Positions 50,701 to 64,000 of a stretch of 64,000 bases of DNA are shown here, piece after piece. The notes beneath the pieces were generated by a model. It worked only from the letters and a program-made list of their open reading frames with translations. It ran no database searches and was not told the origin of the DNA. Location of the stretch: NCBI GenBank assembly GCA_002633005.1, contig NMRA01000026.1, positions 1,103,330 to 1,167,329 on the forward strand. Reading direction: 5' to 3'. Origin of the DNA: Phoronis australis (lineage: Eukaryota > Animalia > Phoronida). Made by a program: the position numbers and the translations under genes. Position 1 is the first letter of the stretch, and every line of letters starts with the position of its first letter.

Positions 50701-53700
50701 CTGCTAGCTCCACGCCGCTTGTATTTGTTCACACGCAACTCAGCGAATTCATGTTAGTCGGGTTTCGTTGTTGTGTCGACCTCTAAACCAAACGCATCCT
50801 TACTTACTGTGCCAAATTACAAATTAGTGTAAATTTATTACAAAGATTTTGATCCGTCCAATATGCCTGTGATGTGAGAGAATGAGAGCTTGGAAAGTAA
50901 AGTTTCTCCTAAAATATATGGTTGAATTGTATTTTGCCAAAGTTAAACATCCAATATAGCATTTGCATGCAATTATAGGCTCTTGTGTTCTGCAAAGTGT
51001 ATATTTTAACTGAGCCTCTCCGATTGGATCAACAAAAAGTGTTTTGTAAGTAGAGAGCTATATCGCTTACATAGGGAAAACACAGAGTGAAGATAAACGG
51101 AGTTTTGTCTTAGAACACATAGCGATTTTGACAGTTTCCTCCACTCGTGGGGAGTCCTATCTGAACAAAAACAAATTCTAGCTTTATCAAGCGGCTGGAA
51201 ATAACATGAAATTTGTGTGGTACAGCGATGGTCGCGATTTGGCTTATTTCAAGGCGCGCCTTATCGTGCGTAGACCACACTGCTACTTACATTAGGGCAT
51301 TTTGAAAAACTACGCGAACACCATCAGTCTCCCTAGGGAACTATTCCGGGTGAGAAATAGCTCACTCGGTCTCTCATAAACACCAGAAAGCATAAAAGTA
51401 CCATAGTTAGCTGTTGCCACTCCTTCGTGAAGACGACTTTAACGAGTGGTTCATCCCAAAGTTTGATTTTAAAATGTAAAATAAACTTGTTTAGATTTGT
51501 TGGGTAAAACTGAGGTCAAACCGAAATCGCAAAATTTGAACTGGATCAAATTAAGTTCGCGACAGCCAATCTGTCCGTTGAAGCAGTCTACCAACTCGAT
51601 TCGCTCCATTTTTTTCACCACGTATAATTAGGGACGCTAACTCGCCCTATGACAAACCAAAACAAAGGGATCCACTCCAAAACATCAACCAAAACAACGG
51701 TATCAAAGATGGCGCTGCGTGGCGCTTATGTCTTTATGAATGAACGGAATAAAACTGCGTGATTCATTTGCTGTTTAAGGGGTGGTTTTGCCATTTAAAA
51801 CAAATGCTTCATAATGGCACGTTTAAAACAGCGCCTTTAAAAGTATGAGGAATTCCTTTCTTTGTTAAGCATGAGATTTCCCTCCTATCAAGAATATTTC
51901 GTAATTATCTAATGATGAATAAAATTCAATTAATCCTACGAACCTGTAAGCTAAGTACTTCTACTTATTTAGTTGTTCTATTAATTTGCATAATTTTACT
52001 CAGGCCCGGGGGGGCTATCTATACAAAAAGTTCTTACTCACCGGTCGGAAAGGAAAACGCATTGATTGCGATGATCATAACATTGTTGGTTTCGGACATG
52101 CTTAGCAAGGCCTTCATATATTGCCATATACAGTATTCTTAGACGGTGTTTGCTGGTTGGCGTCTGTGGTGTTGTTTTCTCTAGTAATAATTGCGTACAG
52201 ATTTATTGGTAAACACTTTCGTTTTTACACGATTTTAGTGCCTTATCTATGTAACTTAAGCTTTTATATATAAACCATTTGCTTGTTACGTGTCTTGACG
52301 TTTCAGACAACTTCTAGAAAACACGTTGAACTTCGATGGCATTGTATATTGTACGCTTTAGTTTTGTATTTACCCCCGCAACTGTAACGCAAATCACTAC
52401 TCCATCTGCTGATCAAAACTCAAATACCGCAATTTCTCTCACATAAGAAACAAGCTTATTGGAATTATTCAAAACACCGTTAACAGCGATATCTGCCAGC
52501 CATTATGAGCTATCAGAGTGCCCAATGTTCTCTAACTGTGGAACAATGTCTCAAGCACTTAGTCGGATATCTCACATAGATCAGTGTTGCTAGCTAGGGG
52601 TTTGTACTCGTTGTAATAACATGAAGCGTACCCAAATGACTCAATAATTTGTGAGTCGAGTATCCAAGTGCTGCGGACAGTTTACTGACTAAACAAAACC
52701 AATGAGTGAGACATCGACTTTTCGCAGATTTTCACGTGAAAGGAGGACAGATTGGATAACAAGCATGTGTTAGAGCTATGCACTTCTACTGACCAATTTC
52801 GCACGATAAAAATCGACTATTGAAGAATGTCAGCAAAACTTTTCGGCCAACAATGGCCAGGAAGTTGGTTAGAAAAATACTTTTGTTCGTATCAGATGTT
52901 AATAACTCGATTTTAAAGCTGTATGTCTTTGTAATTTCTAACTGGGAAACTTATCTCTATAAAATCAACCTCAACATTTCGGTTAACATTATGATGTCAT
53001 GAAGAGCATTAAAAATATAAGTAAAAACGCTCCAGAAAACAAAACAAATTCAATGGTCCGTTATCTATCAATTCCAACAGGGCGTTGAAACCGGTGCTAT
53101 CATAACAATTGTGGTTTGGTGGGTAATTAGATTAGGATATTTCCTCATTTTGAAAAGGATGTTAATAAAAAATATCGGCGTTGTCCAACAACATAGATAA
53201 TTCTCAGTTCATTCTGGTTGAAAGGTCCGTTCAAGGTCTTTTTGGCGAAACGACTGCCTTTGAGCGTTTCGTACTCTACACTTCAAAGTTGTATAGAATT
53301 CTTCACAGTACGCTGTGCAGTATACTAGTTATTTCAACTAATCAAGTTCTACCATAGACTCGAAGAAATTGTAACCTTGTCTTGCAACACGTAGATTGGC
53401 CGCCGAGTGTGTGTCTTGGATCGCCAGGGCGTCTACATATATGTAAAAGCCCGGAAATCATTTAGAAATACATTGACTGAAAAAATCTCAAAAGTTCATT
53501 CAATTGTCCGGTATATTCTATCAAAACATGCAACTTTCACTTTCCAAATCAATTCTAATTGGTTCAAGGATACCCTTCAGGTATGTCCGATCTTTCAAAT
53601 CTCGCTTTACATTGGCCTCAAGATTCCTACAAGTTTAAACTGTTCACCAGGAATCGTTTGCGATGAAATTTTAATTCCAAATGCTATAAAACTCCTTAGT

Positions 53701-53964
53701 GAGGTAAGATAAAGATAAATACATTAGAATCGCTGCGTAATGCGACGTGCCTTAAGGCGTTAGATTCAGTGCATTTTTTCTAAACAAAATTAATCAAGTT
53801 TGTTTTTCAAGTACACAACGGTATAAATGCATGTGCTAACAGTGATGTTTGCTCTGACTAGCGAGTAAATCACAATACGTATCCTGTATAGTGCGTGGCG
53901 GACGAGCCGCAGGATTCAAGAAAGGAGCTGAGATGAGCTACAAAATAAATTTCTGGCTCAGGTC

Positions 53965-54511
53965 TTACATGGGCCTGCCACACTCCCATTCCCCATAGCC
54001 GACCACAATAAACAGCAAGTTGTCGAATCGGTGACACATGAAAAAGTTGCTAGTGGATCCGAAGCCCAATTGTCAGCGATAAACAGAAAAGTATCTCCTC
54101 GTAAAGATTGTTCTCNTGATAACCAATCGATTTAAAAATGAGTTTTATGTCATTTAGCACATTTAAATGTTCCAAATTGTCACAGTGAAAAAAATCTTAG
54201 CGTGCAGCGCTACCTTGCGATAACTTCGATGACGTCAGGGTCACCAACCCTTTACTTCGATGGTCATCAACTACCGAAGCCAGTATGAACGGTCCAGTTA
54301 ACTGCGCTGTTTACGTCGACGCTCCGCTCAGACCGGAGTTAAGTCAATATGAAAGGGCCTTTACATGGGCCTGCCACACTCCCATTCCCCATAGCCGACC
54401 ACAATAAACAGCAAGTTGTCGAATCGGTGACACATGAAAAAGTTGCTAGTGGATCCGAAGCCCAATTGTCAGCGATAAACAGAAAAGTATCTCCTCGTAA
54501 AGATTGTTCTC
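53965..54511. repeat. Identical 151-bp direct duplication (53965-54115 and 54361-54511) spanning a contig join (n at 54116)
   Basis: Exact repeat whose first copy ends at the single N; probably two haplotypes assembled in tandem. Confidence 0.85.
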
Positions 54512-57500
54512 GGCATGGCGTGAGAGTTAGAACTTACATTTCAAAAGTTTATAAAACTGAAGTCTTCGATTTTCCGCATAGAACACGGTCTAACTGTTAA
54601 TAATAAATTTGAAATGATTTACAACACTCATTAAACTCTGTTTTTTCTATCTGAACAAGGCATTTTAAAAAAATAAACATACTGACTGCTTGCGGGTTTG
54701 TATAAAAGCTTATTATAACACGCAGTCTGTAATACATACACACGATTGTAGCTCAAGACACGTTCAGTTTATTTACAGTTCTTGGTTTGAGTTCTATCGC
54801 TTTGGGATCGCTCGAACTATTTTCTATGAGATTAAAATCTTAGATAAAACTCTGACCAAATGAAGTTGCATCATCGATAAATAAACATCTATTGTCAGTT
54901 TGTGTAGTCAGTCTGAATACGTTGTATCAACGGTAGTGCACTGCACCAAATTTCCCTATTTTGAAAGAATCGCAAATTTGACGCAGACGAAATTGTAAGT
55001 GTAAAATTTCGTTCAAAACAATGCGTCTTGTTGCGAATGTTTCGCACGAAACTTAAAAATTCTGTTTCATGTGCCCTTGTTCTATCTACATATAAGTATC
55101 TGAGATTTTCTGTCAATGCCTTTTGGCTCGAGACTTCGACTTAGCACACTCCGTGAAAAGTTCGAAAGTCTTGATTTTTGACACTGCCATTTCACGGGCT
55201 AAACGGACTTGACAGAAAATCCTAGACATAGCTAAAAGAACAAAGAAACAGGATTCGTAAATGACGCGCGAAAAATTTTACGAGTGTGAAATATTTGTTG
55301 GTCTTGGGTAAAATTACGATTAAAAAACCAATCCCATGGGAACTGTATTTTCATGCACGTAATACGTTTCTGTTATCAATAAACATTTCAAATATGTAAC
55401 AGGATTTCAGCGGCTGAAAATTGCCATCTAGAAAGTTGGGAGACTCTTGATAACGAAGCCTTGGTTACTGTAATTTACTATTGTCAATAAAGTTTAGTGT
55501 AATCAATTTTTGTACAAGAAAGCTATAACTTTACGAACAGACCTTCAGTTCAGGATCGACCCGAACATGAATGAATCTATAGGAACAACTTCGAAACTGT
55601 AGCGGATGAACTCGTTTGGTTTCATTATTTTTTTTTTCTTCCCTACAAGTTGGCGCGTGGCCCTTTAATTGGCATCGCGTGCAGCCAAATGAAATTACTG
55701 AAATCTCCGTCGACAGACAAACGTTGGCTCCATTGCTCAAAAATGCTCAGAGGAGTACAATCGTAGGAATTTCTGGCTATGTCCCCATGTCGTCTGACAC
55801 AGACAATTCAAATAAATGGAAGACATTACAATTACACTTGTCTCATGCTGCATGCTCTGACGTTGTCGCTTGTCCATCCAAAACATCATATTTAAGTAGT
55901 GTGCACGTGGCATTGTCAATATTTAGGGTTTAAACATACAGCTTGCAGGATCTCACACAGCCAGGCGCCTGCTTGCAATTTATTATAGATTACACTCATC
56001 ATAAGAAACTTCGTCGACGAAAAACGCTTGATGAAACCACAACGTTATTATTGCCGCATTCATTATTATTACTAATTATGTAAAGATTACGACTAGCAAC
56101 GTTCAAATTATTATCATTGTCATTATTATCTTTATTTTTGTTGTTATAATCCCTGTAGCTAACCAGTAGCGTTTATATCGTTTTTCAGCATCACAATCGT
56201 GTTTAGTTACGCAATTGTACGTTATAACCTCTATCATACAAGAGTATAGTCCTTCAACAGTTTGCTAACGGATAAAAATATTTAATGAACGCATTATCGT
56301 TGGCTGTTTGTATTACCACAAACTTACAATTTACTGGCGTCCTTATATCAAGTATGTTCACGTAGACCAAATATAAACGTCTACCGCGCAACAAGTGGAA
56401 TAAATTGACTTGAAATTCTTTGCAATCCAAATGTGTTGACTTACTGACTTGGAGGTGCAAAATGGACAGTGAACAATCTTATGACGCTTGATTTCTTTGA
56501 ATAAGTGAAGAATTAGGCGAAATTGAGGTGTGTAACAATTGAATATATAGATCTAACTGGTGGTCAGTTCTTTTGATGTATTCTTCAGCGTTTTGTTGTT
56601 TATGCGTCATTGTTTGTCCATTATTTTGAGTGGCTATGTGTAATGTTGGGAACTTTCGGCGGGGTCACTTAGCTGTTTGAAATAATGTTTGCTCTTAAAT
56701 GCGCAAACTGCAGTTCCGTGCATATGGAAGACATCTTAGTGAAAAATTCAAAGATTTAATGCATGGAAAGTGCATTCCAAACGTAAACTAATGCGAAAGG
56801 TTTGGCGCAAATTGCGTGAAAACAAATGTGAAGAAAGTCTTTTATAATAGCTTAAAAATAATATTTTAAATGATTCTCAATTTGTTTCCGAAGTCCACAA
56901 AGTAGGTGGTCGTGTTTTTTAAACAGATGTAATGTTCTCAACATTGCTTGAGTATAACTAGCGTGGAACCCCCACGTTCAATGGATTCCTAATGATACTT
57001 TGCCTTTCTAAATGGCGCATAATCTTTGGGCGAACACTTCTACTTTTTGTCCTGACCAATTGACTTATTGACTCTATCTCTTATCGCACTCATGAAATCT
57101 AATACTAGCATGCCAAAAATGTTGAACAATTACCAGTAATGCGTCTAACCAGGTTCAGCCTCATAGCGCCTTCAGCAGGTTTAAACTTATATGCGTACGA
57201 ACGGTGTGCTTCAATGGGGCTCTGTTTTTAACTTCGTTAATCTTGTCCCCGGGCTACAATACGAAAAATGCCTTAAACAAATATCATATATTTATATGCA
57301 TTGTGATAAACCAATTTGTTGAAAATTTCTCAAACAAGAACTGTCCTGAAATGCTTGGAAACTTCGACTCGTGGACGCCGAAACTCGATTATTTGAGACT
57401 GCTAAGTCTAGAGAACACTTGGAGATAGTAAAATGATACATGATACTAGGTACAAGAACTTTCACCATTTGTGAAAACAGCATATAATTTAGTGATAAGG

Positions 57501-59260
57501 AATTTGACTAATTTGTTAGAAATAACATAAATGTATAATTGAACAGAAAGTAGAGTGGACTGGCGACTGAATCGGGTGACTCGGGGTCATCTAGTCGCCG
57601 GAAAAAAACGGACGCAAAAGGAGGACGTTGGAAAATGTGAAGTTTGGTTGACTACCTAATAAGTTAATACATCAAAATCGTCATATCATTTATTTAAAAA
57701 ATGTCCAAACGTCCCGTCATCAAATTCACTTGAGGAATGCCGCGCGAAAATGTGCAAAGCTTTGGTGTGCATGTTTTACAATCCTTGTGTCTTGCATTTA
57801 GCTTGCATCAAGATCAACTACAAAAAATCAAATCTTGCACAAATTTTTATTATAAGCTAAGCTATAACCATTTGCACGTATCCAAACAACGGATATGGAT
57901 AACAAATAAATGGAATCACGTGTTCACCAGGTTGGCGCTGATAAATATCGTTTTAAAACTGAGTGTACTTTAAAACACGGGTCTAGTTTTTTGAATTGGC
58001 CAAAACAAGAGTGCAGCGTGGAAAAGCGTGATAACCTACGAGAACCTTGTCTATCTCTTTTTGCCCGATGGCGAAACATTTTGTATCTTTCTGGAGTCCA
58101 TGTAATAGCAGGGCACTTTGCCTGGAGATGCGCCTAACCTATGGAGAACATTTTGTCTTTAAGCCCCCAGGGTAAACCAAGCCGCTTTTGAAAGATTGGT
58201 AGCACAAACATAGTAAAAGTGGAGTGATAAACGACACATGTGTACATATTTGTGGTAAACAAATACACCATTTTCTTACGATTTGCCCTTTAAGGGGTAC
58301 CCCGTACGTCTCATCCTACCGTTACACTGATATGAACAATCAGTCAACATAAAAGAGCTAATTGATTTTGGAATACTTGGCCACTTGCCGACGCCAATTG
58401 CATTTCCCGGGAGCATTTGGTTTTGGTCTATGCCCTGGGGGTAATCGGCTATTTTTGACGGGGCGTACTTCGGGAAAATTAGGATGCCCATACATTTAGA
58501 GAGTGGCTTCGAAGAAAGGGAGGCCTAAGTGTAGGGATTTTTCATGAAAAAGTCACCTTTCCGTGGATCTTTGTTGCACAAACATCACCCTTTTGAAGGG
58601 ATTATTATCCAAACATATACTTTTTCTCAAGAATTCTTCAAACCATCTACTTAACATATTTAAGCCTGAAACAGTACAAGAGATGATACATGTTGTGTGT
58701 GCTTTTGCATACAAAATAAAGAAAATGCACTTCTGCATTTTTTGTAGAAAAATGATTTCCTTTTAGTTTTTCTAAACCACAAAGTGAACTTTTTGTAGAG
58801 AATTAAGATCAGAATACACCCTTTCATATCGAAACTTATCGTAACGTCACCCATTTGAGCGGCATGGGCAGTATAAAAGTAGGCCTACGGTATACTAGTC
58901 ACTCAGTCAGTCAGAGCGGACCCCGCCAATCGGGTATGCTCTACTAGCGGATTCGANGGGGTGGGGCGGACAACAATGTCCAAATGAGAAACGGATATCT
59001 CAGGTTGCGCCGCCATTTTGATGGTTTTAGGCAAGAGACGACTTGGGAATTTTTCCCATCACAGAGCAGAGACAGCCCGGCCATCCCCACTTTTGAACTC
59101 TACCCTGACTTGTGGTCGAAGGAGTTCAAATTATTTCCTGCTTAGAAGCCACCTCCTTCGTCCCACTGACGCCGGGTCTGGGATCTTACGAGTGAGGATC
59201 GGCTCGGCAACTCCGGGAGAAACAGAAACTGGCACCGCCGTTTTGGTTAGGGGTGAAGGG

Positions 59261-59530
59261 CATGCGCGTACCCAGGAGGGGGGGCTCGGGGTGGGGGCTC
59301 GAACGAGCCCCCAATTTGGCGAAGTGAGCAAAAAGGTCCACCCATCAGAGACAAAAAGACCGTGAAAATTTGACATAAGTCTACTAAATAAGTGCAAACG
59401 CGCACTTGACAGTGGTGCTCCCGTTTTTTTTTCTTTTTTTTTCTTTTTAGTCCGCCAGCTCTTTTGTTAGCAGAATGTCTACAACGTCAGGAATTCGAGC
59501 CCCCCATATTGAAGGCTGGGTGCGCGCATG
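59261..59530. mobile_element. hAT-like MITE, 270 bp, 5-bp TSD
   Basis: TIR CATGCGCGTACCCAG ... CTGGGTGCGCGCATG, flanked by AAGGG on both sides; G/C-run subterminal motifs. Confidence 0.78.
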
Positions 59531-62500
59531 AAGGGTGTAGCTCTTAGGAAAAAATAACCTGGATTCCTCCTGTACTTAGATGACAATCTTCTTGTTCTGT
59601 TTAGTCCAACCTTTGTCATACCTTGTTGTCGAAATTCTGTTGATCATGACTTTCATTTTTCTCACCGATCGTCCTATTCCTGTTTCACCATCGGCGAAAA
59701 TTGTCGTTCTTAGTGACACCTATTGGAGCATGGCCTCAAAGACCGAGAAAGCGCATATATCAAGCTATCAAAGCATTTCATTATTTCCATCTAGTTCTAC
59801 AAAATTGGTGATAAAATGTGACAGTATGTTAGTCACAGACACAATTGCAGTGCGGAACAACAAAAAAGGCAACACCACTTGTTATTTTATTTACTTGCAA
59901 CTGTGACCAGACGCCCACTTGAACTAGGAGGGATGTCCAGGCATAGACTATAGACGAGTATCTATGGTCCAGGGGATTCGAGCCCACTGCACGGCCTCTG
60001 TTGCTCAACCCATTATTTTATATCGAACCCCTCGCCTGGCGCAAGTGTAGTCCACGAATACCAAGCCCCATATTTCAAGCGGTAATAAACACGTGGTTTC
60101 TGTCAAAACAGGTTTTGATTTAAGCCATTTACCGCTATAAAATTGATCTTATCTTGCTCCTTGCCCAGTTTAGAAGAGGTCTGTGGTCTCAAGAATAATT
60201 TATACTTTGTTTTTTTTCTATCAAGCCTAGTCCCAACCACAGTTCTTTCGATGCCCCTCTCAAATTTGACTGTAAGTGCCTTAAAACGTTTTTTACAGAA
60301 AACATGGCTTAATGTCGCTTTAACCAAACGCTACTGTGCGTGGGACGTACTAGTAGCCTGAAAGCTTATTGTCGCCAGTCATGTACTGATTTACCTTTGG
60401 TCGATATCTAATAACGCAACTTCATACCAAAGTAGCGTCATTATTATCGATTTCTAGCTTAGCCACCGAAAAATTAACAGTAAATTTTCAATTCAACAAT
60501 TTCACTGAAACAACTGAAAGACACTCCGTTTCCATGGTACAACGTCCAAGAACTGTCAAAAACTATTTGCAATGGGCGCACAACTACAAAACCACGTTGT
60601 CATTAGGAATCTTCAGCTAAACCAGACCGGTGTTTGACATGAAGAATCGTACACAAGTAGTAACGTAACTTGTAAGGTCTTGTTTCTGATGAAGAACTTC
60701 CGTCAGTGCAAGACTGGTTCCTAGGCTGACGGTATGAATGAGCTCTAGTGCTCGCTATGACGTAGGCGTGTGCCTCGTAAATACGCAATAACACATAACG
60801 CACGCATATGGGCCAGAAGATTTCTGTCTCCTCTTTCATCCTTTTGAAAGTGCAAAATATAACACTGTAAACAATGGCGATATTATTACAAAAATATCAC
60901 ACCGATTATCCTAACAACAGTTTGTGGTCGGTGGTATTTGAGATCCGTTTACACAAGTGTGGAAAACATGCGCGGAGTGTAAATCATTCACGAGTTTGGA
61001 CGAGTAAAAGTGAATGATAATAGCCCATGTGTAGGTGGAGCGCTGGGGATAATTAAAGGAGTTAGCGCGGGAAACCAGTCACAGATTGCCTTGGCCGTCT
61101 GACAACACATTAAAGACTTTGTTAAAGTCTTACAGAAGGGCTGTTGTGCATCCAGTTTTTATTGTTCTTCTTTGTTGTTTTATTGCGGTCTGTAATAAAT
61201 AGATTTGTTGCTAACCGAGAAACGTTCATACCTTCCCTGCGGGAACAAGTCCCGGGAAACAGGTACTGGCACGGTAGCGTGAGAACTCAGTTTCAGCAGA
61301 AATCTTAACTGGTTCGAAATCAAAAATAGATTCCAAGGATGCCACCCCTTTTGGTAGCAGAATCTAAATCCATCCCTATGTTCGTCTACTGTCAGACTCC
61401 TTGTTAAAGATCGGCGAACCCCGCGCCTGGGCGGAAACATGTGCCTGGACGGACACAAACACTAATTTGCGGCACACTTTATATTTTTAACTTCAAATAA
61501 CCTTGTCGAATTCATATTGCGATGATTAAAATCCGAAAATCAACTAATTTACGCAGGGAAAATAACGACATCCGACGACTCCAACCAAACTCCAGGATAT
61601 TTTTAACTACAGGCACACTCATGACATCTACCTGGCAAAGAGCGGTGTCCGTGGTAGGTTAGTGTCGCCTCCAGACAAGTTTTCTGGAGGCCAACACGTC
61701 TCAGTTTTTAGGCTGAGTCACAAAACAGGTAATTTAACAGTTGGTTGTAGTTTAGGTGTGATGCACAGCCGAAATGTTATCACAACAAGATTTGCCTCAA
61801 GTATGCGCGCGCAACTCGAAACAAAGCTAATTAGCATAACGTATTATATTAGACCACGGTAAATAGTTTGTTTATACATAATATTGCGAACACTTCGCCC
61901 TTTGATCATTTGTAGACTGTTTATAAAAAATACATGGCTCAAAAGAAACCTGGGGTAAATGTAAAGATTAGCATATTTCCCTTGCTTTGATAGTTCACGG
62001 CGTACAGGAATTTCACTACCTGTCGATAATTTACTCATGTTGTTTACCCAAGCAGTCATGTACTGTACATTTAGCGTAGTTCCATGAGGAATACCTAGGA
62101 GTTCTCTGAAATTCAAATTTACCAGGAAATATGTATTTTTGCAAGCACCGACATGCCTACATGTGAAATCAATGAGAAACTAACCGTTAGCGGTCTGATT
62201 TAGATCTTCAATTGCAAACGATAATATACTTCTGATGCCTGCATTATGAATCTTTTCACTATTTTATTTTTTCATTCGGCCTCAAAAGGAATCCTCCTCC
62301 ATAAGTACTTTCACCGGCGAAACTCCGAACATTGATACCAAAGAAAGTAGAATTACTGTTAGTAGTGGTAACCTTCAATGTTATAATTCGCCCTGGTTAT
62401 CTACGATGAATTCTTAACCCAAGCGCTTAGGGGGCTTACGCAATGCCAGGCCGAATACATCGCCTGTGGATACCGCTGCCCTCCAGATGGAAGCGTTGGT

Positions 62501-62834
62501 GGTCCAGCAAGCAACGTAATTTTACTCTCATAAAATAGGTCTCATTATAAAATTTACTGTGACAGGATTTTATGACAGTGACCAACTCAAATTACAGACA
62601 ATTGAGTCATGTGCAAGAGCCATTTTCGAAAGTCGCTATTTTACAAGCCAACCCCAATAACGTGTATTCTCGAGTCGCTGTTCGATGTTCTTGTTGCTCC
62701 TGTTCAACTTACAATAAAGAATATTACGAGGCGGACATAATGCATCAGTCGAGTTTCGTTTATAGCCAGCTAAGTAGGGCAAAATGCAGCTTAACTTGAA
62801 TCATTTTACTCACATCCGTTGTTTAGTAATACAT

Positions 62835-63053
62835 CAGTGGCGGATCTAGAATAACATAAGGGGGCCTAGCGGGGGCCAAGGGTGCACACTTCTGTTCGCA
62901 AAAATCTCTCGTTGGACTAAAAAAACCGGGAACACGATTTCTGTGGTCTGCGGCTCTTACTTGCTAACCTCAATATTTCCTCACGCTTCACGTTGTTGCA
63001 TTTTGCTTGCGGCAGCCAAAGGGGGGGGGGGCTTCCCCCAAAATCCGCATATG
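62835..63053. mobile_element. hAT-like MITE, 219 bp, 5-bp TSD
   Basis: Imperfect TIR CAGTGGCGGAT ... ATCCGCATATG, flanked by TACAT on both sides; G/C-run subterminal motifs. Confidence 0.65.
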
Positions 63054-64000
63054 TACATAAATAGCTATTTGTAAAGGTTCACGTCCATGAAGTTGCAGTT
63101 TTCAGGCACATAAACCTATACATTCGGTTTCCTATCGCCATCATCATGTATTCTGTGGTTCTACTTCACCAACACGGAGACATGTTGGTACACTTCACAA
63201 ACATAAAGAACTCGATTCCGATTTAAAAAAACGTCAAAATCAACCCCCTGCGCAAGTTGGCCCACCAGCGAAGCAATCGATAGAAAATCGTTTAACACAA
63301 GTCGTTCTGACCACACGGCCAAACAACTCAGGCCGAAACTGTTCAATAAATTGGTGTGTGTAAAGCCAGTAATGTTTACATAGTCAAAGGTCAGAATATC
63401 CCCTCCTATTATGAATTATGCTCAATTAATTAACAGCTATTGTTGACAATAATTACTTGACAATAGCTGTCAAACCGGCAGTTCGAAATCACAGACCATT
63501 GTTGAGTACAGTCGATGTTGACGCTGGCAATAGGCATACATTGGTCCTGCCTGACCATTAAATACACTGCAGTGATAAATCGAAAAACTATACAAAATAA
63601 CTTTTGGAGTAACTTGCATCATGAAGGAGCTTCTCCATAAATTGGAGGTGTTGGGAGCCGAAATATTGAGAGAAAGAGAAAACTCTTTTCCGTAGATTCT
63701 TTTTTAACAAGAACTATCAGAACGTTCGTTTTGATTTTACGTTTCGGTTTTCAGTACAAGCAAACTGGTGCATGTTGAATGGTAGCTAAGGCGGTCGAGA
63801 TTTTTGTTATTTTCCAATGCAAAAATTATTTGATGTTAATAGAAGATGAACAATGTAGAAATTACTTCATTAGAGATGGTGGACATTATTATTCGTTTAA
63901 GTTAAGTACATGGTGCGAAACTACATAAATTGAACGTTGTAAATTTTCAATTTCATCAAAATATACAAATATCGAACTTAAACTTATGGGCGATATCTTT

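Noticed and set aside
59018-59397. GC-rich overlapping ORFs of 115 and 88 aa
   Set aside because: They run through a MITE next to a contig join and have no recognisable domain.
43000-64000. Numerous 60-115 aa ORFs
   Set aside because: No domain signatures or consistent exon chains; compatible with chance ORFs in non-coding DNA.

Overview
AT-rich eukaryotic genomic DNA with GT-AG introns and N gaps; gene and repeat content suggest a marine invertebrate, possibly a lophotrochozoan (inference). Three genes are supported. (1) The last five recognisable coding exons of UTP6 (+, 1901-5256). (2) A convergent BTB-BACK-Kelch (KLHL-family) gene (-, 6348-20882) with six visible coding exons and one exon missing, probably hidden in the 7695-7966 gap. 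(3) A canonical noggin with an intronless CDS (+, 40209-40958), with no other recognisable genes for ~19 kb upstream and ~23 kb downstream. The rest is repeat-rich: TTAA-flanked Kolobok-type elements, a Penelope-like relic, hAT-like MITEs, a fold-back element, Helentron-like tandem repeats and two minisatellites. I found no clear new multi-gene system. The most unusual observations are exon-end/splice-donor amplifications inside the Kelch gene, a Kolobok derivative built from two left ends, a spliced uORF in front of noggin, a probable P-element excision footprint, and a strong CpG contrast between the housekeeping genes and the noggin domain. All homology calls rest on recalled family motifs, not on database searches.
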